Shown here piece by piece: positions 11,528 to 24,500 of a stretch of DNA of 52,976 bases. Each line of letters starts with the position of its first letter. Position 1 is the stretch's first letter. The stretch is from Klebsormidium nitens (taxonomy: Eukaryota > Plantae > Klebsormidiophyceae), in contig DF237552.1 of NCBI GenBank assembly GCA_000708835.1, forward strand, positions 1-52,976, given 5' to 3'. The translations under genes were made by a program, and so were the position numbers. Below the pieces are notes generated by a model, which saw only the letters and a list, made by a program, of their open reading frames with translations, did no database searches and was not told the origin of the DNA.

Positions 11528-12036
11528 GATGAAGCTACGGAATGTGGCTCGTCTTTGTACATTGGGGGTTTTACTGACTAAACGGGGGACAGTCTAGGGC
11601 ATGTGTCACGAGGTATGATCTACAAAGTAGGTGCTTGGGAGACCGTGACCCTTCTGCATGTGGCGAAGTCATCATGCTGGTGAGCAAGCTCCGCGAGGTT
11701 CGGTTGGAAAAACAGCGTGTTACGCTTTATGCTCTTTCAGCTTCTAGATGGATGTACGGAAGTCCATCAACATAGCAGCTCAGTATGGATCAAGGCCTTT
11801 GTGGCAAACCCAAAGCCGGCAATGATTCGTTAACGAGCTAGGACAACTTGCCCTTATTTTCGATGACGTTTTCAACCTGCCATTCTATGGTGGACAAAGG
11901 TCGTCGGGTAATGGCGATGGGTTCTAATTGAACACTCAAGGAATTGCACTTGAAGCCTTTCAAGGTGGCTGAGCCACTGGTGGTGGCACAAAAACGATGG
12001 CCGCAGCGTAAAGCACTACCGAAAAGCCCCCTGGCT

Positions 12037-12420
12037 GCCAAACCGGCGGCCCAGGTTGCTCATACATGGTGCAGGCCTGCATGACTCTTGTTGGAAGCGT
12101 TAATCACGCTCTCTCTAGGCTCTAGACGTCTGGATGCAATTTCAGTGTATATTGCTTCAAGCTCATTGCTAATTCTCAAAGTTGTCAGTGTCTAAATCAC
12201 AACAGTATGTACGTAGCTGGCGGTGCCAAACCGGCGGCCCAGGTTGCTCATACATGGTGCAGGCCAATTGCATGACTCCTGTTGGAAGTGTTAATCACGC
12301 TCTCTCTAGGCTCTAGACGTCTGGATGCATTTTCAGTGTAGATTGCTTCAAGCTCATTGCTAATTTTCATGCAAAGTTGTCAGTGTCAATTACAACAGCG
12401 GTATGTAAATAGCTGGCGGT
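12037..12420. repeat. Tandem duplication, 2 copies of about 190 bp
   Basis: Unit 1 (12037-12224) and unit 2 (12225-12420) both start GCCAAACCGGCGGCCCAGGTTGCTCATACATGGTGCAGGCC and end TAGCTGGCGGT; they are near-identical apart from a few substitutions and indels. Confidence 0.95.
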
Positions 12421-13179
12421 TGAGCGGATTACGCACTCTAATTAGTATGCCTTGAATATCATCATTACATGATGACCGTCGACACCATGTGTGCACACAT
12501 GTAATCCAATGATATGCATGCAAACGTTACACAAGCAACCTACGGTGGGTATGGGCGGTATCGATCGCGCGACGAACCGGTCACGAAAATGTGTCACCGG
12601 TGTCACGCGTCGCGACAAATTATGTACGCATTTGACGACCGTACTCGGCGGTACTTAAGAATCAGGTCCGAGTTCATGAATTGCAAAATTTCTGACAACT
12701 CGAACTCCGTACTCTTCGGCGGTACGGTACCGTCGCGCGAGGCCCGAGTCTGCGGGTCCGTAAAATTTCAAATTTATGGTCTTCGTCGGCACTTCCGACT
12801 CGAACCAATTAGGAGTACCGCGGTACCTAGAATGGAAGAAGAGTGCACGAAGCTGAAAGACTAGTGTAAGAGAAGGCGCTCTTTCAGCACCAACAATGGC
12901 GGCCAACTTTGCGCCTCCTAAGCAGCTTTTTGCGATTTGTCCCCAACATAACATGGACTTGGAGCTTCAAAGGACCCCCAATGACGCCTTCCCAACATTT
13001 ATTTTTGCTTGTCAGACGTTTCTACATGCTGCATAAGCCTCTCCTTTGAGCCCTATTTTGATGCTTCTTTGAAAGTGTAGATTATAACACTACCTCACGA
13101 TTGCGTGACACCGGCTTACGGCCGAGCAAAATTTTGAGAGTACTGGAACCGTACGTGTAGCGGAAGTCCGAGTCGCCGT

Positions 13180-14084
13180 CAGGGTTTCCCATNNNNNNNN
13201 NNNNNNNNNNNNNNNNNNNNNNNNNNNNNNNNNNNNNNNNNNNNNNNNNNNNNNNNNNNNNNNNNNNNNNNNNNNNNNNNNNNNNNNNNNNNNNNNNNNN
13301 NNNNNNNNNNNNNNNNNNNNNNNNNNNNNNNNNNNNNNNNNNNNNNNNNNNNNNNNNNNNNNNNNNNNNNNNNNNNNNNNNNNNNNNNNNNNNNNNNNNN
13401 NNNNNNNNNNNNNNNNNNNNNNNNNNNNNNNNNNNNNNNNNNNNNNNNNNNNNNNNNNNNNNNNNNNNNNNNNNNNNNNNNNNNNNNNNNNNNNNNNNNN
13501 NNNNNNNNNNNNNNNNNNNNNNNNNNNNNNNNNNNNNNNNNNNNNNNNNNNNNNNNNNNNNNNNNNNNNNNNNNNNNNNNNNNNNNNNNNNNNNNNNNNN
13601 NNNNNNNNNNNNNNNNNNNNNNNNNNNNNNNNNNNNNNNNNNNNNNNNNNNNNNNNNNNNNNNNNNNNNNNNNNNNNNNNNNNNNNNNNNNNNNNNNNNN
13701 NNNNNNNNNNNNNNNNNNNNNNNNNNNNNNNNNNNNNNNNNNNNNNNNNNNNNNNNNNNNNNNNNNNNNNNNNNNNNNNNNNNNNNNNNNNNNNNNNNNN
13801 NNNNNNNNNNNNNNNNNNNNNNNNNNNNNNNNNNNNNNNNNNNNNNNNNNNNNNNNNNNNNNNNNNNNNNNNNNNNNNNNNNNNNNNNNNNNNNNNNNNN
13901 NNNNNNNNNNNNNNNNNNNNNNNNNNNNNNNNNNNGGCACCTACCTATTAGGCTCTGGCTGGCAGGGTCCTGGCAGAGCCGGCTGCAGGGCCGGCCCACA
14001 GCCGGCAGGGTGCCTTCGGCACCGGCCGGGTTGGCAAATCTACCGGCCAGGTCCGCCCCAGCGTGCCGGCTGTGGGAAACCCTG
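13180..14084. mobile_element. hAT-type TIR element spanning the assembly gap
   Basis: Ends are CAGGGTTTCCCAT (13180-13192) and GTGGGAAACCCTG (14072-14084). A perfect 8-bp target duplication GTCGCCGT lies at 13172-13179 and 14085-14092; an 8-bp TSD is typical of hAT. Confidence 0.85.
13193..13935. other. Assembly gap (743 N)
   Basis: Run of N. It lies inside the hAT element, consistent with a repeat-induced scaffold gap. Confidence 0.99.
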
Positions 14085-14952
14085 GTCGCCGTGACGCGAA
14101 CCGCCGGTATCACTGACAATATTCGATACGCGGCATTATAGTATTGTCGCAAACCGATTCGAAATCGACTCGGCCGGTACCCACCCTAGGTAGCTTGTGT
14201 AGCTTACGTAGTGCAGTCGGACGCGTCATATGCATGCAAATGGCATATAAAAGCTTAGTAGAGCCGCCTATATTGCGCGAGAGAGCGCTTTTACATGATT
14301 CATGATCGGAACGTATACATACAGTTATAACAGCTGTCTATTGTGTATTTGTAATCAAGCCAACTTTAAGGAAGATATAATGTATGAGTATCATATTCTT
14401 GCCCGACTGTAACTTAAGTCCTTTCTAGAGCTAAATATTATCATGTTGTGTAGCACTAGCTCCACCTATCGACACTAGCCCGTCTAGAGCTCTATAGCGC
14501 TTGGAGAATCATGGCTAGCTACCAAGCATATATACACGCCTCCATCCATGACGTAGAGAAGTTCAACAATAATGGCATGCAAGATTCGTAAGGAAACTGA
14601 GAATTACATAGATTGTCCACTTTTGAGTCATGTCTGGACGGTTGGCCTGGAAGAGTTCGGTTCTTACGATTGTGCTGAGAACTTTGTGAGCACAGTTCTC
14701 ATACATGTGCACTTCATGTGCACACCTCTGACGAAACCGCGTCTGTGTCATGAGGGCACATTGGCATTGAACCAGGTCCAGCCAATGATTACCGTCTTTT
14801 CCCCGCTTCGAGTTTGGCACGAGTTGATGGGAGGAGCCCAATGGCTTTTGAGGCAAAGTTCCAAGGATTCCTGCCCTTAAAAAGAAAGCCTGAACGTTGC
14901 TTATGAGTGGCTTCAATCAGAAGTTCAGTTGCCCTACGGGTGAGGGGGCGAA

Positions 14953-17900
14953 TCAGGGGCACTTCCGGTGCACGTATTGTGCCCCGTGCTCTTCGTACCT
15001 GCGACTCCGAACGCGGACGTCCTCAATTCTCTGCTTTGTCAAAACGAACACAGGCAAGACTCGACGAGGTGCGAAACATGCAGAGGAGGAGGGGCTCATC
15101 GCAGCGAAGCATGTCAGCAAAGAGGAGCCGTGGACAGCGTGACAGCATGCCAGGCGCAGAGGCCTCACTCGCTCTTGGAGAGCCACATTTGTTGGAAGGT
15201 CCCCAGGGACGCCAGGATGGAGCCCCCGATCCACACACTGCAACACCAAACATGCGCGCGTCAGAGAAACCGCCTGTCGCTGGCAGCTTATAAGACCCCC
15301 CATCCAAGCAGTCGTGGCCGGAAGTCATCGCCGCCCCTGACGTCGCTCAGGGGGGGCCCGGGGCGGGCATGGGGCAGCGGCAGGTGAGGCGCAGGGTACA
15401 CGCAGTGCAGGGCGCGTACCTGAAGCGCTTCTCCACGTTGATGCTGCTGGCGGTGACTTTGACCTTGGCCGTCTGAGGGGCGATCTGCGCAGCAGGCAGC
15501 ACAGGCCGGCGTCACTGCGGCGCAGTAGCGGTGCAGACGGCATTCACGGCGTCGCAACAAGCCACCAGCAAGCCCAGCTGCTCCCCATCCCCACTGGCGA
15601 CCAGGAGGCCCGCGCAGGGCGGGCGGGCAGCTCGGCGGCGCTCACCTCCTGCACCTCTCTCTCCAGGCGCTCCTTGAACGAGCTGAACAGCGTGGAGCCT
15701 CCCGCCAGCTGCACACGGTCATAGCGCCGCCGGTCAGCACTGGGCCCGGCCGGGCAAGGCGGCCACTGCTGCAGTTCGCGGCCCCCGGACCATGGGAGGG
15801 GCGCGGCAGGAGGTGCGCGGCGGCGCTCACCAGGATGGTGTTGAAGAGCTCGCGCCGGATGTCGACGTCGCACTTGTTGACGCTGTCCAGCACCAGGCTC
15901 GCCACGCCCGCCAGCGGCCCCGCGCCGTCCAGGCCCAGCTCCGCGCCGGCCGGCACGCCCGGGAGGATGCCCGCCGGGTTGAACAGCAGCTCCGGCACCT
16001 TGAAGCGGTCGCTGCCCACCTCGATCACGCTGCACGCACAGGGGGGCCNCAACGCACCGCTCAGGTGGGAGCAAGCGGGAGGCGAGAGCAGAGGAGCACG
16101 CGGCCGCTACAGGGGAGGTCGCGCAGGGCAGAGCCGCAGAGAGTACCACAAACACGGCATCCCGGTGTCACTCAGAGAGGGGCCGGGCGATGGGGGCCCG
16201 GCGAGGCTCACTTCCCGTCAGGGAGCTCGTAGCTGCTGCCCGGCACGTTGGCGTACGCCGCCTCTGCACAGCAGGGCACTGCATCAGCCACGGCAGTTTG
16301 CACGCGGAGCAGCACGGCCACAGCCAAGCAGACTGCCAGCCATGCGAGGCGGGGCGCGGCGCGCTGGTGCAGCAAGCACGACAGGACAGCACACGGATGG
16401 CACTGCGGCCGTGCTTGTCCCCGCCGTCCGGTCGGCCTGGCCGCTGCTGCGCGCTGCCCGCATTGAGGAGTGCGGAAGGGGCCTTACCGTCAAATGCGGC
16501 GTCGGCGACTCGGCAGACGGCCTCCTTGACGTCGGCTGTGATGGCCTGCTGCGAGAACGCTGCGTAGCTGGCCGTCGTCCCGGGGGCAGGCACCGCCACC
16601 GCCTGCACGCACGCACACCCGCGCGCCGCTCAGCCGCACGGCCGGCAGCACCACAACGCACAGGACACTCTCGAGCACGGAGCGCAGACGCGTCTTTGCG
16701 ACCGGCAAACTGGAGGGAGGCCCGGCGGCGGGCCGGAAAAGGCCGTCTTACCTCAAACTCCCCGGGCCGCACTTCCTGTCGCTTGAACGAGTAACGAGGC
16801 CGGACCTGCACACCCGGCACATGCAGCAGGGCCCAGTGTGAGCGGCAAAGCGAGGAGCAGCACGGCAGGCGCAGCGGCAGGCCAGACTGTGGCGTGGCCG
16901 AGCAAGCAGGGCCATCGCAGAAGAGGCCCGCGAAGGCGACAGAGGAGTCCCGGGCCTGCACGGGGGCGGGCTGACCTGCACGCCTTGGTGCTGCAGCAGC
17001 AGCTGGAGGGCGCGCGTCAGCAGGTCGCCGCCCAGGGGCGACCGCAGCACCGACTGCATGCGCAGCAAAGGTGGGTCAGGCGGGCAAGCGGGCGAGCAGA
17101 CGAGCCAGCGACGGGCAGCGGCACACGGAGTCGAGCGGGCAGGCAATCGCTGCCAGGGGAGGTGGGCGCAAGTGTCGGCCCGCGTTCGGCCTGGTGTGCT
17201 GCTGCGGTGCGCTGACCTTGTGCAGGACGAGGCCGTCGTGCACGGCGGCCACGGTGGTGCCGGAGCCGCCGCTGTCCACCACCAGCGACGTGGGCCGCCC
17301 CGACGCAAACGACGTCAGCACCTGCACGCAGCGGCCAGCAAGCAGTCACGGCCGCTCGGAGGAGCAGCGCATGCGACACAGCATACATGCAGCAGCGGAG
17401 GGGGTGGACAGCGTGCGAGTAGCCAGACGGGCGGCCCGACAGACAGGCACGCAGCAGCGCCCAGGTCGGGGTGCTGGGCAGAGGGGGGGCAGCTCACCGC
17501 GTTCTTAGCCAGGAAGAGGGCAGGCGCTCCGTACTTCTCGAACATGAGCTCCACCGTCCTGCAGCGCCACGCAAGAGCGTCAACAGCAGGGCAGCGCAAG
17601 AGAGCCAGGGCGGCCCCGCACGCACAGCCGAGAACGAGGTGGCGCGCGCGGCAGACGGCCCCAGCCACGGGGAGGAGCGATGCTGCACGGCAAGCTCATG
17701 GCGACGCCCCAGCGTCGTTGATTGTTTGGGACGACCCCGGAACGCGGGGGGGTCGGCCCGCGTGCCTTGGAGCGCCTCACTTTTCGCGGACGGCGGGGGT
17801 GTTGTGCGACGGCTCGGCCAGCAGCATGGGGTGCTCCCGGGGGTCCACCTGCAGCCGCTCCCTGCACACACGCAGCAGGCACAGGCAGGGAGGCGCGTCA

Positions 17901-19667
17901 GAGCGCACCAGGACGAGCACAGCAGGATATGGGGCCGCCGAGCGATGGTGCTAGGCAGTCAAAAATATCTTGGGGTGTGCCATCTGCATCATGGCCCTGC
18001 CCCGAAACATCTTCCACTGCCTGGAACTGGGAGGGTGGACGTTAAGCAAAGCGGAATTGGATCGACGTTTGGGAAAAGAGCAACCGAAGAGGTCATGTGA
18101 CAGAATGAAGGATGGAAAAGCTGAGGTCAAGAGCACATGGTGATTTGCAACGAACACGCAAGTTGAAGACAGGAGAGAGGTATGTCCTTTACTACGACCA
18201 GTATCAGCTTGCCGCTGTCAAGAACAGGTCAATCGAGCCGATCCCGTGCTGGCCAGTGGCAGTAAGCCGGGCACAGCTCGCCGGTCGAAGTCTTGGGGCG
18301 GGGTATAGCATGGCCGGCAAGGACGGTATCAGATGCCAAGGTGCCGACTACACGAAGTTCCAGAGGAGTCATCGGTGCTTTGACAAGTGACTTCTCAAGG
18401 CACAGGACCTTAGGATGACCGTTTGGATATACAGGACTTCGATTGAGACGCTGTCTGTGGCTGGGGGTGCGTGCTGTGGCCGCTGTACCTGAGCGCGTGG
18501 TCCCAGAGCGCCTCCAGGACGTCCCAGTCCGCCACCAGGCCCGCCTCCATGCAGGGCACCACCTGCGCCACGCCAGGCCACCCACGCTCAGCCCCGCGCA
18601 GCCTTAGCCACAGCGCAGCCGCTGCTGCGCCGGCGCTGCCAGCATGGGCGCCCACCACCGGACCCCTGACACCGCCTCCGCAGCGCTGTGTGCCCCGCGC
18701 CTGTCTGCCCCTCTCATGCCAATTACATCCGATCCCACATCGTGCATCACAAACCCGGCACTTGACCGACCGCTCTCTTTGCACAGATTTTAGCAGGGGG
18801 CTTTCCAAGAAAGTCGTCTTCCACGAATCCTTCGGAATTTACACGCAGGAAAATGGAAATTGTGCGTTACTAATATTCAAACACAAAAATAGTGGGGACT
18901 GGAGAGTGCTATCACATTCCGCCCTCTTCGTAAGTAAGGAGGACAGCATCGCCAAACCTCACAATGTGCGATTGCTTGGTGATCACGTGGCAGTGCAAGA
19001 TGTGGGACCGTCAATCAATTGGCATGAGCCTGGCTATGCGGCTCACCTCCATGTGGTCCCGCCTGTAGCCCAGCCCCGCTATTCCGGTGTACAGCTTGCG
19101 CGGCGGGGGGTGCGAGCCGTCTGCTGCTGAGGGTGCAGAGCCCCCATCGTTGGCGGGCCCCGCGGGCACCGCCCCCACCACCTGGTCACGCAGCGCAGCA
19201 CCGTCAGGGGGCAAGGGCGAGAGGGGGGGGAGGGGCTACCAGGGGGGGGGACAGCCAGCTGAAGCCGGAACCACAACAGAGGGGAAGAAGCAGCGGAGCA
19301 GCCCTGCCATGTGAAAGCAAGGTAGAAGGAGCCAGGGCGGGCGGCCCCGCATCCTCACCGAGGGGAAGACGGCCTTGGGGGCATCCTCCCCTGCGTAGCC
19401 CGCCTTGCACGTGTGGGAGCCCACATCGACCACGATGGCCGACACCTCATCTGCATACAGCCAAGCAGCAGGGCAGGGCACCTCAGCAAGAGAGCACACA
19501 AGGGGGCAGGGGCAGGCCAGCACAGCAATAGGCGCAGAGGCAGCAGACCAGCCCCTACTCCACCGCCATCACTAGTCCACAGGAGGATCTCCTACTGTGA
19601 CTAGGCGCCACATGCAGTGCCCTGCTGGCAGAGGGGAGGAGCGGGCAGGCGCACCTCCGCCGTACAT
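14953..19667 (-). CDS. ARP4: Actin-related protein 4 (ARP4/BAF53; NuA4, SWR1 and INO80 complexes), about 15 exons
   Basis: A 13-nt first exon (19667-19655) splices to give [35 protein letters not shown], the plant ARP4 N-terminus. Further exons encode [103 protein letters not shown] and the end VHRKCP*. Confidence 0.95.
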
Positions 19668-20848
19668 GCTGGCAGCAGGGGCGCCCTCCCCAGGAACACA
19701 ACGTGGGGCCAAGAGCAGGCACCGCGCCTGCAAAAGCCACCAGGATATGAAGCGGAAGACCCAACCATATACCCGAGGAAGCAGTGGTGGTGCACCGGGC
19801 GCAGAGCGGCCCCCCGGCATGCGGTTGGGCTTTGACAAATCGCGGATGCAGTGGGCATACCACTGGCCCCACAATGGGCTGTGTCCAGGCTCGGTTGTGT
19901 GCATAGCCAGCAAGGTTCGCGAATAGAGCACCCCTCTCGCATCAAATGGGGCCGCCATGGGGGGCACCATGAGCTGGCTTACCGGCAGTGGAGGCCGCCG
20001 CAAGTGCTCCTAGACTAGAGGCGAGATGTGGCTGCCAGCAGTGGCCCTGGTTCTGGGGAACGGGCCTGCAGGGTGCGGGAGACAGTGGAAGAATTGGCGG
20101 GGGGTTCCTGGACAATGACACAAGCCACGAATGTCTGGTGGTGCGCACCACGGGCACAACCATTACTGGCGACTTGATGAGTATCGACAAGGAGATATGC
20201 AGGAGCGCCTGAGCGAAACGTGCAGCAACATGGGCCACATAGGCCTGGTGTATGGTCCCCAGGACACCCTGGGGCACAGCAATGCTGGCTGGCCAGCGGT
20301 GGCGGGCACGAAAGCACCATGGCTCCAAGAAAAGAATCAAACCAGCCAAATTCCTGCACTGCAAAAGTCCGAATGACCGACCAATCACACGAGGAGGCAT
20401 AAGGCCACAGCAATGGCCTTGACAGGTATGGATCACAGGACACTGCTAGGTTGGCCCGATCCAAGCAACACAACACCTGCTGAAAGCAGCAGCCTGGACA
20501 CAGATGGCACCTGCCGCCACCACTATCAGCTGCCACAGGCCAAAACTGTGCCCAGCACGTAACACCACAATTGTTTTTAGAAGGGATACTTCTTTGTTTG
20601 CCTCACATGCATTGCATGAACAGGAGAGTCTCGAGGCTACACAACATTTTGGCAAGAGAACGTGAACCTGAGAGCATATATGCGCCCCTACATTACCACG
20701 CCCTGGAAAGGCCTTCAGCTGCTGAACCGAGTTTTTATGCAATGGGTACCCCGCCCTTGCAACGCAAAGCGTGCGCAAAGCTGCGAAAGAAAGGGTAGAA
20801 CTTGCATGGAACTTGGTCCAAGCGTTTGTCCTCAAGGCTTGTCCGAAT

Positions 20849-21066
20849 CAGGGTTTCCCACAGCCGGCAACAGAACCTGGACCTGGCCGGCCGAGAAGGG
20901 ACCCCGGCCGGTGCCGAAGGCACCCCGCCGGCTGGCTAGCCGGCTGAAAAGCAGGCAAATAGTGAGCTCAGCCGGCCGGTAGAGCCAAATGTCAGCAACC
21001 GAGCCGACAGAACCGGGGGGCCGCCGGCAACTGGCCGGCCGGGACGAAACTCCGTGGGAAACCCTG
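20849..21066. mobile_element. 218-bp hAT-family MITE
   Basis: Perfect 13-bp TIR CAGGGTTTCCCAC...GTGGGAAACCCTG. 8-bp TSD GTCCGAAT / GTCCGGAT (1 mismatch). Its first ~90 bp align with the reverse complement of the right end (about 13995-14084) of the gap-spanning element. Confidence 0.88.
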
Positions 21067-21509
21067 GTCCGGATCAATGCTGGAAGCAAAATTCTCAGAA
21101 AATTTGATCGCCGAGTTCAAAAGGACCGGCTACTGCGGGTAGCGTCTCCTTGCCGTCCGGTCTGTTCAAGCGCAGCTTGATATTTGAAGGTCCCTCGCGT
21201 ACCGGCGCCTGAGTAGCCGCTTTTCCCAACGTCCGCAAGCTGTGCCAGAAAGATACCTACTGCACGACGGAATTTGTCGCTGCCGCCAAGGGATAATGTT
21301 GACACTTCGGTCCAAGTCATACCTTGCTGATGACATCAAGTTGAAGAAGAGTTGGCTGTGAACTTCCGCAACACTGCTCTCTACTTTCTGTATTACCTAC
21401 TAATACTAATAGGCCTTCAAGCTAATACTTTCCAGATACTCATTGCATTGCAGGAAAGGCGTCAAAAGCACAGCAGGCTTTCCTGAATCTCAGTCACAGC
21501 CGGCGAACT

Positions 21510-24500
21510 ATGGCGACAATTGGCGCAGTGTTGCGTGAAATCGCTGCAGTAAGCGATCAGAAGATGAAGATTGAGCGCTATAAAAAGGTGCTGGAGTCGG
21601 TTCTTGCCCGCAATCACGCAGAAGATGCGAAGGCCTTCGTTGATCACAGTAAGTTCCATGTCTCATGGCGAAGGCGCAGACTTGTCCCAACATGTTGCAT
21701 CAGCATTGAGCTTGTTGTTTTCTGACCTTGGACAATCGTGGGGTGTGGATGAACCTTGAGGCCGCAGTCGGTCCAATTGCGTGGTGGGTATGGCAGTGTC
21801 GGCCTGCCCGGTTGCTCAGCTGCACGCCCCCTGCTGCGTGTCCTTTGCAGTGGTGTCGGACGACGTCCCGCTGGTTGCTTCGCGGCAGCTGCTGCAGCAG
21901 TTTGCCACCTCCCTGCCCACGCTGCAGCCGCAGGTGCACAAGGCGGTGGCGCACCACGCCCTCACCAAGATCCAGCCGCGCGTCGTGTCATTCGAAGATC
22001 AGGTCAGGCCGCCACCACGTCCAGCAGCAGCCATGATTGTCGTTGGGCGCCCAGCTATGCTGCCTCACAGTCCACGTGTCTGGCCTGGAATGCGTATGTG
22101 ATCCCCAGCCTCAAGCGTGCCTGGTCCCCGGCAGGTTTCGACCATCCGAGAGGGTGTTGCCTCCATCTATGAGAGAGATGAGGAATGGACGCAAGCGGCT
22201 CAAATGCTGAGTGGGATTGACCTGGACACAGGCATGAGGTGAGCAGAGAAGCCCCCAAACTGCTGAACAAGTGACATGAGGCACACGCGATGACTTGGAG
22301 CTGTACATGCTTCCTCTTGCTGAGTGAGCCATTGTGCATTCTGTTTTGAGTGTCCTTCCCCCTCTGCGTGGTGCTGACCGTGTGCGACTGCTGCAGGGTG
22401 GTGGACGATCGGTACAAGCTGGAGAAGTGCATCCACATCGCCATGCTCTACCTGCAGGTCGGACACGCCTAAGACGCATGCGTGCAACTCATGCCTGCAA
22501 GCAACGGCGGTGCGCTGCTGTTAAGACGTCCGCTGCTCTTGTTGTCCAGCCCCCTCTGCGACGTGTGTTTGGTCTCACGCGGAGTGTTTGTCTGTGCCCC
22601 AGGATGATGATGCTGTGAATGCAGAGACGTTCATCAAGAAAGCCTCGTTTCTGGTCAACAGCTGTAAAGAGGAGGCGCTCGAACTGCAGTACAAGGTGGG
22701 TGCACCTCCCCTGCCTCCGCCCGCGTGCCGCACCTCCTGGCGATCACCCTCGTGACACCGTGCATGTCCCAGCCAGCAGAAGTTGTTTTGAACTAGGCAT
22801 TCGGGTCCCTTGCCGCTGGCAGTTGCACGGCCTAAGGCCCGCCTGCGAGGAATAAGTGAAGCCCCAGACTTTGGGAAGGAGCAGCTTGCGAGTAATGCTG
22901 TGGGGCTGTGGTGTGTGGCAGGTGTGCTACGCGCGCATCCTGGACGCGAAGCGCAAGTTCCAAGAGGCGGCGCTGCGCTACTATGAGCTGTCGCAATGGG
23001 AGAAGACGAACACGGTTGCCAAGTGAGGCCACCCGAGTGCGCATCAAATTTGTGCGGTCCCTCACTCCTGGGCCTCCGCCAAAGCTTTGCTCTGCCAGCC
23101 TCGCCTGAAGAAGAAGGCATGCGCACTTTCCTGCTGTACAGTCTTACAGCACTGCACGTGGCCACGCCGCCCCCCGCACTGCATCTCCTCTGTCGTGGCC
23201 CGCTCCAGGCGTCTGGGTCTGACTGTTCCCCCACTGTCGGTGCAGCCGCGTGGACGAGGGTGACCTGCAGCAGGCGCTGACTGCGGCCGTGACGTGCACC
23301 ATCCTGGCCGGGGCAGGCCCCCAGCGCTCGCGCATGCTGGCCACCCTCTACAAGGTCACCCCGCTACCCCGCAGCAACGGCGCCCCGCGTCATGGGGCAG
23401 CCCTCGTCGTGTGCCCTGGCTGCTGAGCTGCTCAGGCTGCTGCGATCCTCGTGTGATCCTCGTGTGTGTCTCTGCAACCCCTGCTGCCGCCCTGCCCCCA
23501 AGCTGTCCGACTGCTTGGCTGAAGCCGTGCTGCGCTGCGCGTGCAGGACGAGCGGTGCGCGGCCCTGCCGGTGTACCCCATCCTGCAGAAGGTGTACCTG
23601 GAGCGCATCTTGCGCCAGGCCGAGGTGGCGGCCTTTGCGCAGGACCTCAAGCCCCACCAGGTGCGGCTCCAGGCCCCCACATCCGCGCTGCGCACTGCCG
23701 CCCCGCCCCCCTGCTCCGACGCGGCCTGCCTCGCTGGAGCGCGTCTGCGTGCCTGCCTTGACGCATGTGTTGTGCGTGCAGCAAGCGCTGACCGCGGACG
23801 GGTCGACGGTGCTGGCGCGCGCGGTGATTGAGCACAACCTGCTGAGTGCGAGCAAGCTGTACACCAACATCACCTTCCTCGAGCTCGGCGCCCTCCTCGG
23901 CATTGCCCCCGACAAGGTCAGCCCGCACCCGGCGGCCTGCAAAAACTGTAGCAGGACGCGAGAGCTGGTGCGCTGTGTCCCTCCGCTGCCGTTTGGCCCC
24001 GCCGCACTGCAGAGGACCTCTCCTTTTGAGGCTATCTTCCCGCGGACTGTCCTGCAACGCTGACCCGTTCGGTTGACTGCTGGCAGGCCGAGAGGATTGC
24101 TGCGCGCATGGTTGCGCAGGACCGCATGAAGGGATCCATCGATCAGGTGCGCCCTCTCCCCGCGCTATGTCCCGGGCGTCTGGCCGCTCCTCGGCCAGGT
24201 TGCCGCGGCAAGCTGCCCAGCGCGCCCAATGCCGTCTGAGCATGGATAGCGGCTGGCTGGTAACCCCCTGCCTGGTGCTGGGATTGTTGCTCTCGAAGTT
24301 GGCAAGATCCGCCCGCAGTGCTGGGACCGCGCTTGGCTGTGCATTCCCGGGCAGGTCGGCTCACCTGGGCTGTGCGTGGCCGCAGGTCGAGGGCATCATC
24401 CAGTTCGAGACGGAGACGGAGGAGATCAAACAGTGGGACCACCAGGTGAGCCTTCAACGTGCTCGGCGGTGGCCGTAGAGGCAATCGGCCAACCGTGTGA

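Larger units (their letters stand above)
12530..14199. mobile_element. Non-autonomous TIR DNA element flanked by TA (Tc1/mariner- or Stowaway-like), host of a nested hAT element
   Basis: Left end CACAAGCAACCTACGGTGGGTA (12530-12551) versus the reverse complement of 14178-14199, CACAAGCTACCTAGGGTGGGTA: 20/22 identity. TA lies immediately outside both ends (12528-12529 and 14200-14201). No transposase ORF is visible. Confidence 0.6.

Noticed and set aside
12037-12420. CRISPR-like array
   Set aside because: Only two long units, no short repeat/unique spacer structure, no cas genes, eukaryotic context.
13082-14152. 356-aa and 253-aa ORFs across the gap
   Set aside because: Artefacts of N runs lacking stop codons.
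15544-18100. Many long overlapping ORFs (200-340 aa) here and at 23100-24240, 34600-36130 and 43400-44520
   Set aside because: Stop-poor shadow frames of very GC-rich exons and introns, with Arg/Ala/Pro/Gly-biased translations and no family motifs.
19942-20540. Separate gene between ARP4 and the MITE
   Set aside because: No recognisable motifs or coding-type codon bias. It is better explained as ARP4 5'UTR or promoter sequence upstream of a 5'UTR intron.
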